Source: Bacteroidales bacterium (GTDB lineage: Bacteria > Bacteroidota > Bacteroidia > Bacteroidales > VadinHA17). Taken from it: a DNA stretch of 64,000 nucleotides. The notes under the pieces are model-generated. The model ran no database searches. It was not told the origin of the DNA and saw nothing but the letters and a program-made list of their open reading frames with translations. Below are positions 28,247 to 37,218 of the stretch, one piece after another (the stretch's first letter is position 1; the number at the start of each line of letters is the position of its first letter). Both the position numbers and the translations under genes were made by a program. The stretch covers positions 71,285 to 135,284 of the forward strand of contig JAGNKY010000007.1 in the NCBI GenBank assembly GCA_017999895.1. Direction: 5' to 3'.

Positions 28247-29566
28247 TCAGAAGTTATAAAAGAAACCGGAAAGGATTCCGAGAGAATAAGGATGTATATT
28301 CGAACCAGTCAAACCTCCGAGAGGAGTGACATAGTATCTGAGCAAGGGCTCAACACTGAAGGTCATCCGCTCCGAGAGCCTGTATTCCATTCCCATACCT
28401 ACTGATGAACTTAATGTAACCGGGCTAAGTCCTTCAGTGCTGCCAATAGTATATTTTATACCGTCCGATTTAATATAAGATGAATTGCTTACCAGAATAT
28501 TATAAGACAGGCCTCCGACCATATTTATATCAAGCCTCCGGTCAACAACTTTGTAGCGTACTAAAACAGGTATTTCAATATACTTCATATTTTGTATAAT
28601 TGAATTGGCGATATAATTGAGGTTAGCTTTTAATGGGTCGAACATATCCATTGTATATAATGTTATAACTCTGGGAACATTACCGTTATCGGCTAAATAA
28701 ATATCCCTGTTTGTTGATTTAATTGTGCCTGAGGCAGTTGTAATTGAGAAATCACTTGCGCTCTTAGAATCGTTGTATTTTGCAAAACCTGCAAACGATG
28801 CTACTCCATTTATTTCCTGACCAAGAGAGTTAAAGGAAAGACCTGTCTGAACAGTCAATCTTTTGCCAAGTTCAATTCCGAATGATATTCCACCAGAATA
28901 TGAGAATGCAACATTTTCTTCATTTATATAATCCCTTCCGGCATCATCATTGTTAAAATTGAATTTGGAATAATAAGCCGGCTGAATAGTCGCTCCAAAT
29001 TTCCATTTTTCATGCTCTTCCATTTCTGTCGCGACATTTTTTATTTCAAAAACTTTTCTATTGGATGTTTTATCCGGAATATTAGGAATATTAAAAGTTG
29101 TAATAGGAGTAAGAGAATTACGTCTTATTGCTATATCTTCTGTCGCGTCTTCAATATAAGCGATTCTTGTCTTTGAAATATCAAGAGCTTTTAGTTCATC
29201 TGTAGCTGGGATATTTTTGTTATTCTTCGAATTTACTATAATTTCATTAAGTATAGTCGGCATTGTTTCAGCTCCAGAAGAAATCAGTGCGTTATTAACT
29301 GAAGGAGCATTCGTCTGATTTAAAGTAATAACCCTGTTATTATTTATTATTTTGGAAAATCTTGAATTAATCATCCATATAATGGAACCAGCAAACGCAA
29401 ATATCAATACAACGACAGCTATGCTTCCCATGAAAGAATATCTTCTGTTTTTACCTGCATGTATCGAACTGCTAATATTTGCCCATTCGTCAACCGGAGG
29501 TAAAACTTCGTAGTCTTGAAGTCCGTTTCGAAAAACCAGGTCTATATTCGAATTTTTTTCAGCCAT
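28247..29566 (-). CDS. anti-sigma-like single-pass membrane protein fused to a PF13568-type outer-membrane beta-barrel domain
   Basis: 439 aa. A roughly 45-aa N-terminal cytoplasmic segment precedes one TM (FMGSIAVVVLIFAFAGSIIWMI). The C-terminal approximately 200 aa have alternating beta-strand patterns ending in an aromatic residue (GILSGFFYNF). The start overlaps the ECF sigma stop by 8 nt. Confidence 0.6.
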   Translation of the reverse strand: MAEKNSNIDLVFRNGLQDYEVLPPVDEWANISSSIHAGKNRRYSFMGSIAVVVLIFAFAGSIIWMINSRFSKIINNNRVITLNQTNAPSVNNALISSGAETMPTILNEIIVNSKNNKNIPATDELKALDISKTRIAYIEDATEDIAIRRNSLTPITTFNIPNIPDKTSNRKVFEIKNVATEMEEHEKWKFGATIQPAYYSKFNFNNDDAGRDYINEENVAFSYSGGISFGIELGKRLTVQTGLSFNSLGQEINGVASFAGFAKYNDSKSASDFSITTASGTIKSTNRDIYLADNGNVPRVITLYTMDMFDPLKANLNYIANSIIQNMKYIEIPVLVRYKVVDRRLDINMVGGLSYNILVSNSSYIKSDGIKYTIGSTEGLSPVTLSSSVGMGMEYRLSERMTFSVEPLLRYYVTPLGGLTGSNIHPYSLGILSGFFYNF

Positions 29567-30119
29567 TAATGATGCTCTTTCTTATCCCCGTATATAAATT
29601 CACTTTTTTCTGAAGAATGCTTCTTGCGCGTGAGAGGTTTGATTTGGAAGTGCCTTCCGAAATATTCAACATCTGGCTTATCTCCTTGTGTGAATATCCT
29701 TCAATTGCATACAGGTTGAAAACCATTCTGTATTTTGGTGGCAATTCCCTGATAATGTAAAGTAAGTCAGCGGCTTCTAAGCCTGCATAATCTTCATTTT
29801 CAGGTTCTGCTTCCGGTTCGTCGGCAGGATCAATATCATCAACCCTGTAAAGATTATGCCTGGCTCTGAATTTCTCGAGCGCAGTATTTACCACAATCCT
29901 TCTCATCCAACCTTCAAAAGAACCCTCGAATTTATAATTCTGCAGATTCTGGAATATTTTGATAAATCCATCCTGCAGAATGTCGCGTGCCTCTTCATCG
30001 CTTTCCGCGTACTGAAGGCATACTGCATAGAGCTTACCGGCATGCCTTCTATAAAGAAGTTCCTGATCACGCCTGTTGCCTTCAAGACAACCCTTTATTA
30101 TTTCCCTTATATCGTTCAA
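29559..30119 (-). CDS. ECF-type RNA polymerase sigma-70 factor
   Basis: 186 aa. Region 2 (LYAVCLQYAESDEEARDILQDGFIKIF, FEGWMRRIVVN) and region 4 (YRMVFNLYAIEGYSHKEISQMLNISEGTSKSNLSRAR). Confidence 0.88.
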   Translation of the reverse strand: MNDIREIIKGCLEGNRRDQELLYRRHAGKLYAVCLQYAESDEEARDILQDGFIKIFQNLQNYKFEGSFEGWMRRIVVNTALEKFRARHNLYRVDDIDPADEPEAEPENEDYAGLEAADLLYIIRELPPKYRMVFNLYAIEGYSHKEISQMLNISEGTSKSNLSRARSILQKKVNLYTGIRKSIING

Positions 30120-30254
30120 GAGGCACCTTATAACGATATAAAAATAATAAAAATTGTCTATTAAATTACAATACTACTAACTCTCTTTTTAGAGATGAAA
30201 AATATTGCCGGATGGTTGCGTCAAATAGGTATGGAGTCTGTCGGACAGTAATTA

Positions 30255-31646
30255 TCAGATATTTACCGATACTCCGTAAGCAGCGGCTGCAGCCTCCATT
30301 ATGGCTTCCGACATTGTAGGATGAGGATGTACTGATTTTATAAGTTCATGAGCGGTTGCTTCAAGCTTTCTTGCAACGACAATTTCCGAAATCATTTCTG
30401 TCACGTTTGCTCCTATCATGTGAGCTCCCAGAATTTCACCATATTTTGCATCAAAAATCAGTTTCACGAATCCATCTCTTGCACCTGCTGCATTTGCTTT
30501 GCCCGAAGCCGTGAACGGGAACCTACCGACTTTTATTTCATATCCCTTTTCTATGGCAGCTTTTTCAGTGAGGCCGCACGAAGCTATTTCCGGATTTGTG
30601 TATATACATGATGGTATGTTATTGTAATCGAGAGGTTCAGGAGAAAGTCCTGCCATCTTTTCAACACAAATAATCCCTTCTGCAGAAGCTACATGAGCAA
30701 GTGCCGGTCCGGGTACTATATCCCCTATAGCATAAATATCTTTAACTGTAGTACGGTAAAACTCATCAACCAGTATTTTCCCCTTATCTGTTTTCAAACC
30801 CGCCTCTTCGAGCCCGATACCTTCAATATTTGGTACCACACCTGCCGCTGAAAAGATTATATCAGCCTCCAGAACCTCGTTCCCTGAAGATGTTTTAACT
30901 GTAATCTTACATTTATCGTCCGATATTTCGGCCTTTTCCACCGTTGATCCGGTGAGTATTTTCATTTTCATCTTCCTGAATGATTTCTCGAGCAGTTTCG
31001 AAACCTCCTCATCTTCGGCAGGCACTACTGAAGGCATCATCTCCACTAATGTTACGCTTGTGCCAAGTGTTTGATAGAAGTATGCAAACTCGCTTCCTAT
31101 AGCCCCTGAGCCTACAATAATCATCGAATCAGGCTGACGTGACAGACTCATTGCTTCACGGTATCCGATTATCTTTTTGCCGTCCTGCTTCAGCCCCGGT
31201 AATTCTTTCGACCTTGCTCCGGTTGCAAGGATAATTTTCGAAGCTTTGTATATTTTTTTCTCCCCCGCATCTGATGTTACTTCGACTTCACCTGCACGAA
31301 GAAGTCTGCCGAAGCCTTTGATATGTTCGATTCCGTTCTTTCTGAAAAGAAAGTTGATTCCTTTGCTCATACTCTGTGCCACGGCTCTGCTTCGCGCAAT
31401 TATAGCCTGAAAATCAGGCTTTGCCTCACCCTTCAGAGACATTCCATATTCGGATGCATACTGTACATACTTATATACCTGTGCACTTTTCAGGAGCGAT
31501 TTTGTCGGAATACAGCCCCAGTTGAGGCATATACCACCAAGTTCGGACTTCTCGACAACAGCAACCCTCATCTTGAGTTGTGCCGCTCTTATAGCTGCAA
31601 CATATCCACCAGGGCCGCTTCCTATAACGATAAGGTCGTAATCCAT
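30255..31646 (-). CDS. lpdA: dihydrolipoyl dehydrogenase (E3)
   Basis: 463 aa. FAD site GSGPGGY, redox-active disulfide GGICLNWGCIPTK, NAD site GSGAIGSE, and C-terminal HPHPTMSE. Confidence 0.9.
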   Translation of the reverse strand: MDYDLIVIGSGPGGYVAAIRAAQLKMRVAVVEKSELGGICLNWGCIPTKSLLKSAQVYKYVQYASEYGMSLKGEAKPDFQAIIARSRAVAQSMSKGINFLFRKNGIEHIKGFGRLLRAGEVEVTSDAGEKKIYKASKIILATGARSKELPGLKQDGKKIIGYREAMSLSRQPDSMIIVGSGAIGSEFAYFYQTLGTSVTLVEMMPSVVPAEDEEVSKLLEKSFRKMKMKILTGSTVEKAEISDDKCKITVKTSSGNEVLEADIIFSAAGVVPNIEGIGLEEAGLKTDKGKILVDEFYRTTVKDIYAIGDIVPGPALAHVASAEGIICVEKMAGLSPEPLDYNNIPSCIYTNPEIASCGLTEKAAIEKGYEIKVGRFPFTASGKANAAGARDGFVKLIFDAKYGEILGAHMIGANVTEMISEIVVARKLEATAHELIKSVHPHPTMSEAIMEAAAAAYGVSVNI

Positions 31647-31656
31647 ATCATCTATT

Positions 31657-32493
31657 TTAGAAATTATCTTTTTTATATTTTTTCACTTTTAAAGAAGTAA
31701 AAAATTTTGCAAATAACCATATTATTACAAGTGCAAAAACTATTGCGGCGCCTGCAGGTATTCCTGTAAACCACGAAAATACATAACCAATTGATGTCCC
31801 GATAAAACCTGAGATTACCGCTCCTTTCATTATGGATGAATAATTTTTCGTAAAAAGCATTGCTATGTTTGGGGGAAGGGTTAGTAATGAGAGAACGAGA
31901 ACAACGCCGGCCATTCTGATATTGAGGACTATTGTCAGAGCTATCAGAGATGTGGTGAGGTATTTAAAAAAATCGACATGGCGTGAGTAAGTTCTGGCAT
32001 AGTTCTCATCAAACGAAATATAAAGTATGGTCCGATAAAAGATTGAAAAATAAGCAATTAGAACTACGGATAGAATTCCAAGGTAAATCAAGTCGGCTTT
32101 CGTTACCAGAAGAATGCTTCCGAAGAGATAACTCATGAGGTTTGGAGCGTAGCCTGGTGTAAGGTAAATGAAAATTATTCCTATTGCCATTCCGAAAGCC
32201 CATAGTATTCCAATTGCAGAATCTTCCCTTATTTTTTGTTTTCCTGAAAGATATTCGATACCTATTCCCGAAAGGATTCCAAAGGCTGCCGCTCCGGCAA
32301 CAGGGTTTATTCCTGCAAAATATCCTATCCCTATTCCACCGAAAGAGGCATGAGTGATGCCGCCACTAAGGAATACAATTCTTTTTGAGACTATATATGT
32401 TCCGGCAATGCCTGCCGTAATACTTGCAAAAAGACAGCCGAGGACTCCTCTTAAAATAAAATCATATTGCAGAAGTGATTCTCCCATAATCAT
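31657..32493 (-). CDS. metal (Zn/Mn-type) ABC transporter permease
   Basis: 278 aa, 8-9 TM, ZnuB/TroCD-like (ABC-3 family) pattern. Overlaps the upstream ATPase gene by 4 nt. Confidence 0.8.
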   Translation of the reverse strand: MIMGESLLQYDFILRGVLGCLFASITAGIAGTYIVSKRIVFLSGGITHASFGGIGIGYFAGINPVAGAAAFGILSGIGIEYLSGKQKIREDSAIGILWAFGMAIGIIFIYLTPGYAPNLMSYLFGSILLVTKADLIYLGILSVVLIAYFSIFYRTILYISFDENYARTYSRHVDFFKYLTTSLIALTIVLNIRMAGVVLVLSLLTLPPNIAMLFTKNYSSIMKGAVISGFIGTSIGYVFSWFTGIPAGAAIVFALVIIWLFAKFFTSLKVKKYKKDNF

Positions 32494-33236
32494 TCATGTT
32501 TTCCAAGAACAGTGTGAGGCACCCTTCCATGAGTAATAAGTTGAATAGGACACTCGTAGGCCGATAATTGCTCCTCGGTTATTTCGGGAGACGGATGATA
32601 ATGAAGGCGTCTGTTAACACAAGCGAATGATTTCACATGAGCTGAAATCGTTCCGACATCGTGGGAAGCAATCAGAATAGCCATTCGTTTGTTAAATTCA
32701 TGAAGCTTTATATAAAACTCATTTTCAAAACTTGAATCAACAAAGTTATCCGGTTCATCAAGTAAAAGAAGTTTTGGATTACCAATTAATGCTCTTCCAA
32801 GAAACACTCTCTGTATTTGTCCACCAGAAAGTTCAGCCAAAGTTGCTTTTTCGAAACCTTCAAGGCCAAGTTCACGTATAATATCTAATGCTCGTTCTTT
32901 ATCTTTCCTGTCCATTCCTCCATAAACTTTTTTGTGCATCATCAGGCCTGAAAGAATGATATCTTTTACTGTTAAGGGAAAAGATAAGTCGACCAATGAC
33001 ATTTGCGGCAGGTATCCTATATTGTTTCTTTTCAGAAGTTCATCGTTATAAATCACCTCACCTTTAAAAGGTTTTAACATACCAAGAATGATCTTAAGAA
33101 GTGTTGTTTTACCTCCCCCGTTAGGGCCAATAACGCCGATAAAATCTTTCTCGCTGATAACAAAATCAACATCTTCCAGCACAATCTTCTGTCCATAACC
33201 GGCTGTAACTGATTTCAACTCAACCAAAGTATTCAT
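32490..33236 (-). CDS. metal ABC transporter ATP-binding protein
   Basis: 248 aa. Walker A GPNGGGKTT, signature LSGGQIQR, Walker B LLLLDEP. Confidence 0.85.
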   Translation of the reverse strand: MNTLVELKSVTAGYGQKIVLEDVDFVISEKDFIGVIGPNGGGKTTLLKIILGMLKPFKGEVIYNDELLKRNNIGYLPQMSLVDLSFPLTVKDIILSGLMMHKKVYGGMDRKDKERALDIIRELGLEGFEKATLAELSGGQIQRVFLGRALIGNPKLLLLDEPDNFVDSSFENEFYIKLHEFNKRMAILIASHDVGTISAHVKSFACVNRRLHYHPSPEITEEQLSAYECPIQLITHGRVPHTVLGKHE

Positions 33237-34114
33237 TTTATAATTTGTTTATCTGTGAAGCTAAGATAAATACAATCAATAAGCTGGTTGATATCGCTGA
33301 ACCAGTCGCGCGACAAAGTGCTGATTTCAATTATGCGTGTGCCCGTTTCACCGGCAATTACTTCGGCATTTCTTTTATCGAACTCTTTCTGCACAAAAAT
33401 AGCGCCGATATTATTTTCCAAAATTTTATCAACAACTTCTTTGAGCCATGAAGGAGATGGTTCCTTACCTTCTTTTTCGATGGAAATTTGTACAAATCCA
33501 TAATCTCTTGCAAGATACCCAAGCGTTGGGTGATAAACAAAAACCGGCTTCCCTGCAAACGGAGTCAGAAGTCTCAAAGCTTTATTATGAATAGCCTGAA
33601 TAGAATCAATTAGAAGAAAATAGTTTTGTTCGTATTTATCTTTCCTTTCCGGCTTAATTTCACACAAAAGCCATTTTACGGAAGAGGCAATTTTCATTGC
33701 TGAAAGCGGAGCAAGCCAGAAATGCGGATCGGCATTTATTCCATGTCCGTGATCTTCAGTGATAATAAGGTCAACTGAGTCGGCAAGATTAAGCTTCTTC
33801 ATTTTACTATTTACGGAATAGAATTTTTCAAGCCATGCAATTTCGAAATCGAGCAAGCCGTTGCTTATATATGCAGCCGAATTACTGAGAGCGGCTACCT
33901 GAGAAGGATAAGGCTCGTAAATATGAGGGTCGGAGCCGGGTGGTACCATTATATTAATCTGAAAATCTTCTCCGCCTATCCTGTCAATAAAGAAGGCAAA
34001 TGGAGATATACTTACAGTAATGATATCGCTTTTTTCATTTGTCTTATGCGATGAACAGGAAAACAAGAAAAAAAGTGGAACAATAAGTGGAATAATAATA
34101 AGTACCTTACGCAT
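33233..34114 (-). CDS. metal ABC transporter substrate-binding lipoprotein (ZnuA/TroA-like)
   Basis: 293 aa. Lipobox LFSCS. Conserved DPHIYEP and DPHFWL metal-ligand motifs. Confidence 0.82.
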   Translation of the reverse strand: MRKVLIIIPLIVPLFFLFSCSSHKTNEKSDIITVSISPFAFFIDRIGGEDFQINIMVPPGSDPHIYEPYPSQVAALSNSAAYISNGLLDFEIAWLEKFYSVNSKMKKLNLADSVDLIITEDHGHGINADPHFWLAPLSAMKIASSVKWLLCEIKPERKDKYEQNYFLLIDSIQAIHNKALRLLTPFAGKPVFVYHPTLGYLARDYGFVQISIEKEGKEPSPSWLKEVVDKILENNIGAIFVQKEFDKRNAEVIAGETGTRIIEISTLSRDWFSDINQLIDCIYLSFTDKQIIK

Positions 34115-34231
34115 TTAATTATGGTTAAAATAGTGCAAATTTAACACGTTAATCCTTAAGTTAAGAGGATTATTGCAAATAAAATAATATAAATTAATTT
34201 TATACGTATTTTTATAAATATCTGCCAGCGG

Positions 34232-34726
34232 ATGAAAAACAAGGGAGAAATACTTGCAGAAATCCTTTCAGAATTTGATGATTGTTATTTCTTCCTTCAT
34301 AATACTCGTGAACAGAATATTGCAGAAAAAATAATGAAGGAAGGGTTCAGATATGAAAGTCAGCTTCCGCACTCAACCGACAGAGTTAATCCGAAAGAGC
34401 CGATCGAAATAACTTATTTTCTTTTTCAGAGAAAGGAATATGGAATATATACAATAGTAATTGCAATTCCAAAGGAAACTTATGAAAGGTACATAAGGCT
34501 TTCAGACTTGCTCGACATTCCTGTGGAAGAAGTTATGAGTACCGAAAAACCGTGGTTGAACGATAATGATGAAATTGTCTATACTCTATCTGCAAAACAT
34601 ATTCTGGGGTATTTCAATAATAAAACATCGGAATTTCTAATGAATCCATTATGGGATCCTTATTTTGATTCTACGGAAAATAAAATTTTCAAAAGAAGGC
34701 CTCCAGCTGATATTATTCCAAAATAA
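34232..34726 (+). CDS. hypothetical protein (no recognisable family)
   Basis: 164-aa ORF, isolated on the + strand between minus-strand genes, AT-rich, no signal peptide. Confidence 0.45.
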   Translation: MKNKGEILAEILSEFDDCYFFLHNTREQNIAEKIMKEGFRYESQLPHSTDRVNPKEPIEITYFLFQRKEYGIYTIVIAIPKETYERYIRLSDLLDIPVEEVMSTEKPWLNDNDEIVYTLSAKHILGYFNNKTSEFLMNPLWDPYFDSTENKIFKRRPPADIIPK

Positions 34727-34831
34727 CGGTTATCAGATATCAATATGTTTTTATAAAACCCGAAAACTTAAAAAACAAAGCAGGTCGCTCTGCTACTATG
34801 CTTTAAACGGCCTGCCTGTTCCGATGAAAAT

Positions 34832-35524
34832 TTAGTAAGACTGTAGAGATATTCTGAAAAAGCCTGTAGCTTTTACGGCTTCAACCTTAAAAATCCACTC
34901 GCCTATCTTGTCCTTGTTTTCCTCATCTGAAATTGTGAAAGATTTTCTCCAGTTCAGGTTTCCCGATTCATCTATTACAACCTCCGAATAGGTCTTACCG
35001 CCCGGCATAATTATCTTCACTTTTATTTCACCTTTCTTACAATCGCCACTGATATTCATCGCAACATTCTTCATATTTTCTTCGACTTCAAATGAGAACT
35101 GACGAGAAAATGACGACTCCTTAATGCTTTTTGCAAACTCGAATGAGGTTCTTTCGGAATCTCCGCTTCCTCTCCATATATTATATCCAAAATCCTGTGG
35201 ACCAACATAAAAGGGCTGATTTCCTCCTTCGCGACCAACATAAAATGACCAGTCGCTTCTTGGAGTATTGTTTTGACCGGCACGACCGGTCGAACGTTCC
35301 TCTTCCTGAATATAAATCTTATACTTTTCTAACTCCCCTGCTTGCTGTTCAATAGCTTTTGCCTGCTCTTCCATCGCCTTTTTCCTCTCCTCAATAGTCT
35401 GCTGAAGCCTGGCTTCCTTTTCCTTATCCGTCAGGGTTTTATCCTGAGCAATGCTCAACCCGCCTGAAAAAGTCATAATAACAAGGGATGATATTATTGC
35501 CAAATAAATAATTTTTGTTTTCAT
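34832..35524 (-). CDS. secreted hypothetical protein, coiled-coil N-terminus and beta-rich C-terminus
   Basis: 230 aa. Signal peptide, E/K/Q-rich helix (KEKEARLQQTIEERKKAMEEQAKAIEQQAGELEK), then a beta-sandwich-like C-terminal half. Confidence 0.55.
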   Translation of the reverse strand: MKTKIIYLAIISSLVIMTFSGGLSIAQDKTLTDKEKEARLQQTIEERKKAMEEQAKAIEQQAGELEKYKIYIQEEERSTGRAGQNNTPRSDWSFYVGREGGNQPFYVGPQDFGYNIWRGSGDSERTSFEFAKSIKESSFSRQFSFEVEENMKNVAMNISGDCKKGEIKVKIIMPGGKTYSEVVIDESGNLNWRKSFTISDEENKDKIGEWIFKVEAVKATGFFRISLQSY

Positions 35525-35584
35525 AATTGCCTCCTCTTATTAATTAGATGTCAATGTAAAATTACAACACATATACTATGGTTT

Positions 35585-35614
35585 GTGTTAACACGAGGTT
35601 AATGTAAGGTTAAT
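35585..35614 (+). promoter_or_regulatory. three GTTAA sites in exact 11-bp phasing (candidate OmpR-family response-regulator operator)
   Basis: GTTAA starts at 35587, 35598 and 35609, within gtGTTAAcac-gagGTTAATgtaagGTTAATcc. The last two units are an exact 8-mer, AGGTTAAT, repeated at 11 bp. Located in the divergent intergenic region next to the HK/RR operon. Confidence 0.4.
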
Positions 35615-35796
35615 CCTTTCTCTCCTTTCACCGATTAGTGGTGACAGTTGGGAGCATAGCAAAGCTAATAAGAGGGGGGACAATATAGAAAAACCTGAAG
35701 AAATATTCTATTCAGAATTTGTTAATGAGAGAACCCGAAGATTTTGAACCGATAGATACAGAATGAAATATGAAATAAAGAAAATTGAGTACTTTT

Positions 35797-37203
35797 ATGT
35801 CATCGAAAAATTTCATGGAAAAGAAAAATAGTATATTAATTTTTGGAATTATTTCGATCATGATTCTGATTTTAGTCCAGATATTTATCACAAAAGATAT
35901 CTGGAGGGATAAGAATGAAAAGTTCGATCTTAAGTATAAATTGCTCTCACAGGAGGCAATGGAGCAGCTTTACCGTATGAGCAGAACCGACGGCTTTGAA
36001 GATGCACTTGAACTGATCAATAACTATTCGAAAGAAGTTATGAATCTGGAATATAAGACGATAAAAGACTCATCGGAACTGAAAAAACTCAAGGATAATG
36101 CATTTAATGCAGTAATAAAAATTCTTACCGAACTTGAAAATCTCACTCCGTACCTTAAGAACTATTTCCGAACTCAGGGGTTCGAGAGTGACTTCTCGAA
36201 TAGTATCGTAGTAAATTACCTCCAGTTTCTTGATTTCGACAACAGACTCGAAATATATGCCAATCCTGATTTATTTACTGCAAGGCCTATTTCAGATGTG
36301 GAATTACGCTCGAGCACAAAAACAAGAATACTTGTAAATCGATTCTTCAGAGAGGATAATTATTATAGAATAATTTTCGATTATTATATTGATTTCTCAG
36401 GTAAACAGAAAATGGTTTTAAGAGAAATGTCTATTTATCTTTCTATGAGTATTTTCAGTATACTGGTAGTGATGGTGATATTCGTAATTACTTACCATAA
36501 CCTCATGGAAGAGAAAAGGCTTTCGAACCTCAAAACCGACTTCATCAATAATATGACTCATGAAATAAAAACGCCTCTCTCCACCATCACCGTTGCAGGG
36601 AAAACACTCGAAATGGAGCAGATAAGGAAAGATGAAAACAAAATACTCGAAACTGCGAGGCTTATAGGGAAACAGAGTGTTCATCTAAACCAGCTCATCA
36701 ACCTGATTCTGGAAATCAGCATGTGGGAAAGAACACAGTTCCAGCTCGATAAAAAAGAGGTGGAAATACAGGAATTTATTCATGATATCGTGAATAGTTT
36801 CCGAACCGGCAACAATGATACTGCCACTATAATTGAAAATTACCAGCTAAACGGAATAAAAACAAAAGTTGATGTCGTTTATTTCACAACCATGATTAAC
36901 AATCTGCTTTCCAATGCAGTAAAATATTCCAATAAAGACCCTGTGATTAAGGTGGAAGGGAAACTAATTAAAGACAATATCGTTATTTCCATCGAAGACA
37001 ATGGAATAGGAATAAGTAAACAGGATCAGAAACATATCTTCGACAAGTTCTATCGTGTAAGTCAGGGTAATATTCACAAGACAAAAGGACTTGGGCTCGG
37101 ACTTTATTACGTAAAGAGAATTGCCGAGGCTCATGGTGGAACAGTGACAGTTACAAGTAAACTCGGACAAGGGAGTTGCTTTACAATTATTATACCGAAA
37201 TAA
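35797..37203 (+). CDS. sensor histidine kinase (HisKA + HATPase_c)
   Basis: The track start at 35785 is TTG; the first ATG is at 35797. Two TM segments. H-box FINNMTHEIKTPLS, N box LLSNAVKYS, and G boxes DNGIGI / GLGLGL. Confidence 0.85.
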   Translation: MSSKNFMEKKNSILIFGIISIMILILVQIFITKDIWRDKNEKFDLKYKLLSQEAMEQLYRMSRTDGFEDALELINNYSKEVMNLEYKTIKDSSELKKLKDNAFNAVIKILTELENLTPYLKNYFRTQGFESDFSNSIVVNYLQFLDFDNRLEIYANPDLFTARPISDVELRSSTKTRILVNRFFREDNYYRIIFDYYIDFSGKQKMVLREMSIYLSMSIFSILVVMVIFVITYHNLMEEKRLSNLKTDFINNMTHEIKTPLSTITVAGKTLEMEQIRKDENKILETARLIGKQSVHLNQLINLILEISMWERTQFQLDKKEVEIQEFIHDIVNSFRTGNNDTATIIENYQLNGIKTKVDVVYFTTMINNLLSNAVKYSNKDPVIKVEGKLIKDNIVISIEDNGIGISKQDQKHIFDKFYRVSQGNIHKTKGLGLGLYYVKRIAEAHGGTVTVTSKLGQGSCFTIIIPK

Positions 37204-37218
37204 TTAAATATCATTGAT

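Noticed and set aside
28135-28329. 64-aa ORF (MFSDNYLKKVFIFHHGEHRLTRIPLCQSVNSVVKYY...).
   Set aside because: It is the translation of the nested inverted-repeat element and overlaps the 3' end of the 28247-29566 gene on the other strand. I consider it spurious.
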